From NCBI GenBank assembly GCA_030704615.1, contig CM060732.1, forward strand, positions 57,660,001-57,724,000: a stretch of 64,000 bases of DNA, read 5' to 3'. Position 1 is the stretch's first letter, and each line of letters begins with the position of its first letter. The stretch is from Takakia lepidozioides (lineage: Eukaryota > Plantae > Bryophyta). A model generated the notes under the pieces. The model had not been told where the DNA came from and made no database searches. It worked only from the letters and a program-made list of their open reading frames with translations. Positions 50,501 through 60,570 of this stretch are shown in pieces. Position numbers and translations under genes: made by a program.

Positions 50501-52432
50501 AATTGCGACGATGTCCAACACAGAATAGGAGAAAATTATACCTGATGCCACCAAGTCATCACATTGAGCCAGTCGTTCATTTTGTCGTCTGTTGGCTCGA
50601 TGGGAAAGTGGTACAGCAGCTTCGTGTTTGTATGGCCGTTCCAGATTCGCAGCCACCTCGTCTGCAGCCACCTCACATCGGTCAGACAAGAACTCCAACA
50701 TAAGAATCGCGAGAAGTCACAAAACAACACAGGACACTGCGATGTGATGAAGTTTCTCCATGGACATTTCCGGTTTCATGGGTCTGGAGTAATGCAGTCC
50801 TATCTCCGTCAGGAACTCGGCACCAAGACCAGGGTCAGCGATTGCAACTTGCTTAACAAGTTTGGACCTGTACTTGGTCCGGGATTGCCTCCCTGCCTGC
50901 ACAATATGACTCTCTATCGACGCGTCCGCCTTGTTGGGGGCATCATTCTCAAAGAACTGCCTTTTGGCATAGGCCAAGTCATCCCTGATGTTCGTCTGCA
51001 TTCCCATACCCAGCAGATACAGTCAGGCCACGGATCCCTGCAACAAATAACATTAAATTGATACTGAAATTTGAGATGAACCTCACCGAATAGAGGATCT
51101 CCACCATGGCGTCCAGTGTTGGTCGGTACCAGGTGCGATCTGCTTTTGCTAGGGACTTCCTGTACAGCTTGGGATCGAGGGACTTTTGGAAGTCCGTCAG
51201 TGGAGCTGTCCCCACTTCTTGCACTCTGTAGAGCGTATGTGCCAGATGAGTTTCCACGAAGGCCCTCTCTGTTACCCTGCCATGGAGAAAAAAAACAACA
51301 TGAAAATATGATTTCGGCACAACAATCCAATTTCCAGTTCGTAGAGTGCATGACAGTGGTGAACATTGCCTATCTCGGTGCCGCAATAGGCAGTATACAA
51401 GGATGTAATTGTATACTTACAGATTTATATCCGCCATGGCACCCTTCAACAGTCCTCTGTCCCTGACGTCCACCTTCACGACAATGCAGTCCACCATGTA
51501 ATGCCAACTGATATCTTGCGGATGCATTTCAGCAATGTACTCTGTCCAGGCAAGCATCCTGTGGTTCCCGTCCCAAACGAAGAACATCTTCCCTTCCATG
51601 TGTGCGAATGTGGGATTAGTCTTCAGATAGGCTTCAAACTCGGCATTAACAGTGTGCCAGTGGGGGCCCCAATTCTGAAGCTCCTCTGCAGTGGGGCCCC
51701 TTGTGACACCTTGGTCATTCTCAATGGAAACGTAGAATGCTGCCGACCCCCGTCTGTACCCTTCTCTGAAGTTGTGCTTCAGTCGATCGATATCCCCTGG
51801 CAGTGTTTGCCTTACAACTGGAAGGCTTACCATGCGACACAAAGGAACTTTGAGGTTCTTCGGATACACCATGGAGCCCAAAACGCGGCCTATGTTGCTA
51901 TGAGTCTCTGCCAGCAACCTGTTTGCTGCTATGTTCATGTCTCGTGCGCTCATGAGCATACCCGCCACTAGTTTCTTACTTCTATCACCTCTGTCACTTC
52001 CTCACCCCTCTCACCAGCCTGTGTACTGTCCTGGAGGTTTTGCTCCTCCGCAAGCTCCAGCAGGTTCTGATCGTCGCCAAGTCGTACCACGTTATCGTCC
52101 TCTCCTTCTGTCAGCTGAATGGGCCGCCCTTCTGCAGATCCGACTCCCACATCTCCAGCGGCCTCCACCGCATCTGTGTTTTCTGAAATTGACTGCAAAC
52201 CCAATATCTCCGCTTCCAGTCTCCCTAGGGGTTTTACTGGCGAAGCCATGGGCTCCTTCTGCTTTCTCGGCTTCCGAACTCTAGGTGGGCTTTTCGGAGG
52301 CGATATCTGAGGTGTTGAATGAGGACTCGTCTGCCTCGATGCACTTCCACCTTGTGAGCGCAGCACCCGGGCAGGAGTATCCAAAGTTGACTGTGTTGCC
52401 TCGCCCCCCTGCGATCCCTCCCCAGCTCCCAT
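47557..52432 (-). pseudogene. Element A multi-exon gene: ParB/Srx-like domain, helical linker, beta-class N6/N4 DNA methyltransferase-like domain, acidic tail
   Basis: VVRQTLPGDIDRLKHNFREGY...FFVWDGNHRMLAW (DGNHR at about 51558-51572). SIDMILVDIPDG (about 49130-49165), YWSHTFGFAANMLDDVGCVVVL and RSPAFIQTLMETCTDVEGRVLDVTANTG/ACMWAGRMSNRFVFSFEGD. GT-AG introns, e.g. 51420-51277. A few frameshifts and stops. Confidence 0.8.
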
Positions 52433-53089
52433 GTCAAACAAACAGGAAAACATGAGACACTGCACGCAAAAAAAAAGGTGTAACAGGAATATTGCGTATG
52501 GAGTGCTTCACATCCGCGAAGCACGAATCTCTCACTGGTGGGCGATCCGAGTCTCCGGATAACGAGGTCTGCATTTCATGCATGAGACGGAGCTTAAGTC
52601 GTGTCGTCGGCGGCTTCCCAAAATCCCGCGTCCTCCTTCTCTTTGCCGGAGTCGCCTGACCTTCCACAAACTCTATGCTACAACTATGCCGCATAAGGAG
52701 AGGAAACGCAGGAGAATGTCACTGCAGAAGGGCAAGGAGCGAGAGAGCGAAGCGGTGGAACATGTAAACCACTATGCACGAGCAGATGCGTAAGCAGCCA
52801 CGTCTCCCGAAGCGTTGCCACTGTCCACCACTTTTGCCGTATGGATGATGAAGAGATTGTGACCCCTGACACGTTCGCACGGATGAAGTCGACTGGAACA
52901 CGACGCGTGCCAGTTCCAGCCACCAGTACAAGATGGTTTATCCGAATTGCGGCACCGAAATACCTTCCGTTCACCGGATGCTGTTCCCGGAGCAGCCGGC
53001 ATTAAATGAAATATCCGCACATCATGAAACCCAACCGCCATGAAAATCCCCTGCCTATGACATTCAACAGTCAGGTCGGTACGTTTCAT

Positions 53090-54760
53090 CAGCGGACGGA
53101 TGAATTTCGGCGCCGAAATTCATCCTATTCAAGTGCTTTCATACACAAACTTACGAATTTTGGCGCCGCAATTCATCGATTCCGAAGTCCTCATCCGTCA
53201 TGAGCAAACCTGTCAGTGGGATATCGGAGCCGGAATTAATTCCGGGACAGTGAAAACGGTTGCACATGGGCACATTTCATCCATATTTCGGCGCCGAAAT
53301 TCATTACGAATATTTCCGTCCGCGCGTAGACGAGGTGAAATCATCATAATTTCGGCGCCGAAATTCATCCAGAGCGAAGACTAATTCGGCACCATGCTAC
53401 GCTTTGCCGCCATCATTGCCCCTGACGGATGCTGTCCATGCCTGTTGGACTTGCCATTTCTGGACATTTAACTATAATTTCGGCGCCGAAATTATACTTT
53501 ATGTGCGGCAACGTCCCGTGCGAAAAAGACCACTTAATGGATACTGTCGGTTTCAAATGAAAAAAAACGGCTAAAACGCAATTAATTTTGACAGAATGGG
53601 TTTAGTATGCCGATTTCTCCATTAAATGCAGAATATTCCTGTTATCTTCGTCGGAACGGGGTATTTTCAACGATTTACGGAAAATTATATCATCCAGAAG
53701 TGCTGGGTTTGGACGAATTTCGGCGCCGAAATTCATCCGTCGCATAGAAAATGTAATATTACATTTACTCATTGCGGACAGTAAGGATGAATTTTGGCGC
53801 CGAAATTCATCCATTTCAAAGAAAAATAAATATTGGAGGGAGGGGATTGGATGAATTTCGGCGCCAAAATCCGGCTCTCAAACCCTGCAAAAGAATTTGG
53901 AGGGATGAAGTCGGTTGAATTTACGGGCCGACATTCGTTGCTCGCGAAGAAAAAAAAAAATTCGGGAGGACTTCGGATGAATTTCGGCGCCGAAAATCAT
54001 TGCTTTCGAAGAAAAAAAATAAAAATCGGGAGGACTTCGGATGAATTTCGGCGCCGAAATTCAATCCTCGCGAAGAAAAAAAAAATTCGGGAGGACTTCA
54101 GATGAATTTCGGCGCCGAAAATCATTGCTTTCGAAGAAAAAAAATAAAAATCGGGAGGACTTCGGATGAATTTCGGCGCTGAAATTCATTGCTCGCGAAG
54201 AAAAAGGAAACTAGAAAGGAGTAATTGGATGAGATTCGGCGCCGAAGTTCATCTGTCGCAAAGAAAAAAAAAAACAAAAAGGACTTCCGATGAATTTCGC
54301 CACCGAAATCCATCCGCAGGCAGCAGAATTAGGGTCGGAAAAGGAGATGAAGAATGAATTTCGGCGCCGAAATACATCCATTCTGCCGATTCAGGATTAC
54401 TGTCATTCGGATGTCGGCACCGATATCCGGACACGTGGTGAATCACGACTGTAATCAGGAACACATTCATCCTTATTTTGGCATCTAAATTCAACCCATA
54501 TGTGCAGAAACAATTTAATGAAGAAGATGTTCATCCGAATTTCGGCACCGAAATCCATCCGTTGGGTGCTTGGTCAGTTAATGAGGAGGTGAACAAATTA
54601 CGATTTCTGTTGCCGGAATTCATCCCCTGGCTTCCAAAGCTGTTACATGACAGAGATGTTCATCCATATTTCGGTGCCGAAATTCATGGGAAGGCCTGAT
54701 TTATTGTAGCCCAAGTGGTTGTACATTACAATTCAGGCACCAAATATCCGATGTGAACTT
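53090..54760. repeat. Element A intergenic palindrome array
   Basis: Perfect 28-bp palindrome GGATGAATTTCGGCGCCGAAATTCATCC at 53098-53125, with many further full or decayed copies, including a run with a period of about 62-64 bp at 53970-54375. Confidence 0.95.
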
Positions 54761-54913
54761 GCTGTTTTCGTCCTTTTTTTAACGTACGTTACACACCTTC
54801 ATCTTTACGTGCACTGATCACCCATCCTGTTGGATACGGAATCCTCCAGAAATCATTTGTGTTATTAGATAGGACACACTCTTCTCATTGCAGGACTTCG
54901 CTGCGGAGCGTAC

Positions 54914-57900
54914 CGAGAGGTCCCGTCTTCAAAATGGACTCCCGTGTTTGGGTCACGTGTACTTCCATCCTGATTCTCTGAAAGCTAAAATACCCTGCGA
55001 CCAAGGATTTGCGATTGTCAACTGAGCAAGTACTTGTGTGTGAAGTTCGGGCTCCGCCCTGGAACGGTGTTTTTGGAAGAGGAGACGAAGGATGCTTATG
55101 GAATTTTCTGGAAAGTGCCGTCATTCTGCATGCAGATTTAGAAAAGGCAAAGAGTGGCGGCTCCCAGCTTCTGAATCATCCGGTACAGTGCCATTGGTGA
55201 AATCGTGCCTAAAGAGTTCCCACGCTGGAAACTTGGTTGATCCTCCTTCCAACAAGAGGGTCTGGCGTGCAAGATGTGAAGGATGTGGGCACCTCTTCAC
55301 AAGCAGAGAAGCCCAAACATGTGAAAGGGAAATCCAGGAAAACAGGGGAAACAGTCGTCCAGGACTTATCCAGTGACGATGAAGACTGTATGGTCCTTCC
55401 ATCGTATGTTTCGAAGTCGTCCGTCACTAGGAGTGTTCAGCATACACCGTCCGACTCAACTTCCGTCGCCTCGCTCAGTAATCGACATATTGCGGAGGAT
55501 GAAGACAACGGGGTTCCCGCTCCAGTGACCTTCTTAGGCTTGATTACGACAAAACTCCAATCCATTCTGTGGAAACTTTGCCTGATGTTGTGGATGGGAA
55601 TGCTATCTACGAGTTCCCTCCAGTGCCGGCAGGCGCAGGCCCAGACGGCATGCTCGCAGGAATGAACAGGAAACATGACGGCCACCCTTGGTGTGTCACC
55701 AAAACTTCATCGTCCAACCTGGGTGATGGAGTTCGAGTGAGATATGTATTGTGTGCTGGGCATCTTAAATGTTCTCGAGCACATGTTACCATTACACTAG
55801 CAAAGGCACCAGGAATGAGACTGACTGGATTGGCAATTCGTCGACCCCATTTTGGCCTCAAGGTAGAGTTCCTGCAGGGACGTTCAAGTGTGCCCATTGC
55901 AACGCAGCCCCTACGTGCATGGCAGTGTGCAACGCCAAGCAGTACTACGTCGGGACCGTCGGCCCAGCGTGCACCAGAGCATGCATTCACATCGGAAAGC
56001 ATGAGCACCCCCTCGCCAGAGGCAATTGCAGAGTCGCTTTTCAACAAGCCCAGGATATTATCAAGAGGGATGAGGTTGAGGCCGGGTGCAAAACCAAAGC
56101 AGATACAGCTCGCATCGGCACATAGGATTGCAATTGGCAGATAATGTCGGAGGACGGAAGCACAAGAGAGAAGCTGGGCGAGGGGGACATGAAGACCTGC
56201 TGGAAGCTGTCTCCCATGTGTGCAGCCCCAATGTCAGGAACCACATTGTCGGCTGCAAGAAACGAATCGGAAGAGGATCAGACTGCACTCCATCTTGGAA
56301 GTGAATCGCACATGCGGCTACGACTTCATCCAAGGCAGCTTCTTCCTGGTCAAGGCTCGGAGAGACGGACAGTGCTTCATATTTAAGATGTCAACAGCTG
56401 CGACCGGGGAGCGGCGTCGATTTGGTGAAGCGGAAGATGACCAGTGGAGACCTCTCAAATTGTGGGTCATGTTCGACCACATCCGGCGAATTACCAACCA
56501 CGATTGGGTGACAATGGGGGCACATGTATACGACCCACATTGCAGAAAGTTGATGACCATTGCTATCTGCGAAATGAAGGGAGAAGACACAGATTCGGAG
56601 TTGCATATGTGGCGTGGAATTAATGAGCAAATGGCGAGAGCCAAGTTGCCCCCTCCCGATTTTAGGGGCTTCATGGCTGACAATGCCCAGGCAAACTGGG
56701 CTGCAGTTAGGAGGTATATGGGGACGACCCAAAGACTCCAATGGAAGGAAAGGGAGAGATCTTGCGGGTTCCACTTCATGCATACACGAAAAGGTTCGTG
56801 GCGTCACGCCACCGGCAGGATCATATCAGTATGTGCCTAGCGTGGAAAAATGCGAATTCCATCGACGAGGCGGAGACCGAGTTTGCAACCATACGCGCCT
56901 GGTGGGTGTCTTTCGGGCAGTGGATGTGAAAGATCAGCCAGAAACTGCAAACGTGGCTTGCGTATAGATTCCGCCAGTTGGAGACTACATGAGACAGGTA
57001 ACACATTTCTGTACTTGACAATTGTTCTGTTTTGTGCTTGGACATTCTCCACAATCAGTGACATTTCTAATTTCCTTCAACAGGACATGAGCTTGGAGGA
57101 TGACACGGATATGCGACGACGAACATGGCCAAATCGGTGCACTCTTCCTGGCGTGCTTCCTCTGCCAGCACATCTTGTTGACATGTTGACAGCAACAACA
57201 GAAGATATTGTGAGGGCCATCATGCAACAATCTCAGTTACTACCAGTTTCTGGGAGGAAAACAATGGGGTATTCGGACCAGACAGGCAGGAGATGCTGAT
57301 GAGGGCGGCGCATCGTTCGACCGATCCCAAAAAATGGGACTGCTGCATTGCGGGAAACAATAAGTCAACGCCGTTACATAGTCGGGGGAACTGCCTGGAG
57401 GGCGATGTCCGCAGCCGGCCGGTGAAGAGAAGAATTGAGGACATGCCCGGAGGGATGGGGATTCATGGAGATCAGATATGAACATCCGCACTCAACCTCG
57501 GGGCGCAACGATGTTGCGTCCCACGCCTCCACGAAGCAGGACTCGTACCCCCTCTCCTGCAGCATCCATGGAATCGCTGCCAGACTCGGACAACATGCCG
57601 AGGATGGGCATGTTGCTCCTTTTTCGTTACCCAATACACATTCCAATCGTGGAGCGAGATGTGTCGGCCTCGCAACGGAGATTTCACGGACCCGTCCGAC
57701 ATTTCGTGGCAAATGTTGTGCTGTTCGTGTCCGACACCAACCAAAGATGCAATGAGATGATTCGGAGGAACCCGCAGGGCGGTGTGCCTGCCCCTTGCTT
57801 CACATGGAGATTTGTGTGCGCAAAGTTTGTGGAGGCCACACTGAAGGAGTTTTGGTTCTGCAGGCACGACATCATGTCGTGTGTGTTCGGCAAGCCCAAG

Positions 57901-58500
57901 TATGGTGTACAGGCATGCCTGAACCACCGATAGTCTGGCCTGTGGCAACTGGTACAGATCTTACCCTGGAGGAGGCAGACGCTCTAGGAAGTGCAGGTTT
58001 CGACTGGTGGAGAGGACAGACGTTCCACGAAATCCAATTCCCAATCATCATCCTCCTCCCACGAGAAGCTCTTCGCCCCGCATTACCGGTGGGTGACCCC
58101 GCAGCTTGGCCCACCCATCGGTGGGGAAACTGAAAAGACGGCGGCCACCAACAAAGGCGAACGACACCAGGATGGCCAACGCTCTTGCAATGCCCTGTAT
58201 AGTGCAAGGTTGCAGGAGGATGTTCCTCACCCCGGGATGGGACGCATATTTCAGTTGTCAACAGCCGGGTCTGCTGCGCGCAGTGTCGTGTATGCAAATC
58301 ACGGTTTCACAGTACCCAGCTTGCAACTGTGAGGACTTCCTTGTTATGGAATCGAAGAATGCAACATACGTCCCCTGCAAACACCTTTATTACATTTTTA
58401 TGAAGCGCATGAGTTGCATATCCGCAGTGGACGTCTTCATCCATGCTCCAACACTGAGTTTCAAACGAGCTGCACAAGGCCCTACGGCAGGATACTGGTC
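54914..58500 (+). pseudogene. Element A MULE-type transposase (conserved N-terminal block, GCM-like Zn finger, DDE core, SWIM), frameshifted
   Basis: KYLCVKFGLRPGTVFLEEE (shared with B), RKHDGHPWCVTK...RACIHIGKHEH, WVMFDH (D1), GFMADNAQA (D2), SCGFHF (CxxH), TTNMAKSVH (position of the catalytic E) and CNCEDF...PCKHLYY (SWIM). Confidence 0.9.
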
Positions 58501-59181
58501 GGACTGCTTGACATTCCACATTCGGGAAGGAGAAATGGCAATTATATTACATTCATCTTCTTGCACCCTATTTTTTTGTGAGGAATTATACACTTGGTGG
58601 TGCCGCATCGCCATGGCTACAGGTGAATTTTCGGTGCCGCAATACATGAGAATGTGGTTTTTGGCCATGAATGGCATGCGCATGCGCTTTTTTTTATTTT
58701 GGTTGTCTACAAATGGATCCGAGTAAGCATACATTGTGTGGAGATTAACGGGCATTGAGGCCTATTTCAGCGCCATTTATGGTCTGTGTACTGCATAGTG
58801 CTTCCTTGTTACTGCTCTTCATTCAATTTGTAGTGATTTCGCAGCCCATCCTGGCGTTTTCGTCCACCTTTATGAGAAGACTCCAATTTGCTACAAATAC
58901 ATTGTTACTGTTCTGCAAATGTGATGCCTTTACAAGATTGCTAGTTCTGTGTCCCAGTGGGAAGGGTCCTACTGCACATTCCAGCATTTGCATACTGCAC
59001 CTTGTGCAAACAACAATCCATACGACAAAGGACACGTCCCAGCATACTGGCAGTGAATTGCAAAAAACCTTAACAAAAGATTATCCAAGCATGTATATTC
59101 CCATATGGCACAGGGAAGCTGCTTGATTTCTGAATGAAAATGTATGTGCCATGAGTGTCAGCGAGTTGAAACATGTCTACT

Positions 59182-59830
59182 CTAGCATGCAAGACCTATG
59201 GTCCCTCGCCCAAGAAGAAGGAACTCTAACTGGCCTCTCAAGGACCTCCTCAGTGACGGGTGCCTATATTTGAACAAAATGTCAGTGGTTTCTGTCGCCC
59301 GGTTGAAACTAACGAGGATGTCGTGTTTATCGATAGCGCCCCCTTGGTAGAAGGACATTTTCACAGTGGGCCCTGTGTTCCCCTCCTCATCATCCTCATA
59401 ACTGAAGAGAATGTCCCCCGTCCGTCCACGCGTAAAGTTTTCACCTATGCACTCATCATACGTCCACTCGCAACAATTCCCAGCGATACAGCAACGCTGT
59501 GCGTGATCTGTTCGGCTCCCACACATGCGGAAAGTCCAGGTCCATGATGCGTAGGAACCACCTGCTCCCCAGCCGGGGTCCAGGAGAATCGTGCAATCCT
59601 GGAAGAAACTCCATTGCTCTCAGCTGGACAAGTCGAGGATCGTCCTTGTAAACATCCAGGAAGACAATGATGTCGTCTGCTTTCGGGAAAATGACTCCCG
59701 TCTGGCGTCGATAGATGTGATTCGGGCACGACATGGCCTCACGACACAGCACGAACTCAAAGCAAGGAGGAGATGGGCACAACAGAGAAGAGTGAAGAGC
59801 AAAATGAGAGCAAGGCCTCCCTCACCGTAA
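59182..59830 (-). pseudogene. Possible third, unrecognised ORF of element A (two overlapping frames)
   Basis: ORFs 59456-59782 and 59182-59526 look globular and non-repetitive, and are bracketed by palindrome-bearing non-coding DNA. No motif recognised. Confidence 0.35.
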
Positions 59831-59854
59831 GGCGGGTATTTGCTCTCCGACGAG

Positions 59855-60325
59855 CCCAATTTCGGCGCCGTTATTAGATGGAGTGCGGAAGCTTCAGCCG
59901 AGAATTTTATTTCCGCAGGTCAATTTCGGCGCCGTTATTGGTTGCAATCCCCAGCCTTCAGCCGGGTAATTGGTTTCCGGACCCAATTTCGGCGCCGTTA
60001 TCGGCTGCACTCCGGTGGCTTGAGCTGAGTATTTGGTTTCCGGGGCCCATTTCGGCGCCGTTATCGCCTGCACTCCGGAGGATGCAGCCCGGTATTTGGT
60101 TGGCGGAGCCCAATTATTTCACCGTTGTTGGCTTCACTCCCGAGCCTTCAGCCGGCTATTTCTTTTCCTGTGCCCAATTACGGCGTCGTTATACCCAACC
60201 ATCCTGCACTTCTGCAATAGTACTATCCACGGTTATAGGTCGCCATTGCGTTTTCAGAGTCTGCAAACCCGGATCCTAATTCCGCTTGCGTCTCTGCCTC
60301 TGGGATAATTTCGGTGCCGTTATTG
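59855..60325. repeat. Element A right subterminal array (ATTTCGGCGCCGTTAT, period about 63 bp); a matching cluster lies at 47030-47310
   Basis: Copies near 59859, 59922, 59986 and 60049, with decayed copies to about 60320. Confidence 0.88.
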
Positions 60326-60570
60326 CCCAGAATTCATTTTTTCTATGACCTGGCCTGGCGGTCCATGAGCCTGGGCTCCAAGTCATGAGCGTACACTGGT
60401 ACTCATGAGCGGAGTGCTTCTAGCATGAGCGCGGAAATCTTCGATTTTTGATTATTTTATATTTTTTGGCCCAAAAAAAATCTGCCGAAATTCGAAGTGT
60501 GTTACTTTGCGGCTCATGGGTGAGCCATGCCCGCTCATGAGCTCATGGAATAGCAACCCCCCCTATGAAT

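Larger units (their letters stand above)
46865..60561. mobile_element. Element A: full-length 13.7-kb Mutator-like (MULE) transposon with methyltransferase cargo
   Basis: TIRs GAGGTTTACTATTTCATGAGC and (reverse complement) GGGGGTTGCTATTCCATGAGC match at 17/21. 9-bp TSD CCTATGAAT at 46856-46864 and 60562-60570. Encodes a MULE-type DDE + SWIM transposase. Confidence 0.92.

Noticed and set aside
47557-52432. Bacterial restriction-modification system or prophage
   Set aside because: The gene has GT-AG introns shared between copies and sits inside a eukaryotic MULE, and no endonuclease or phage genes are present. A prokaryotic ancestry of the domains remains plausible.
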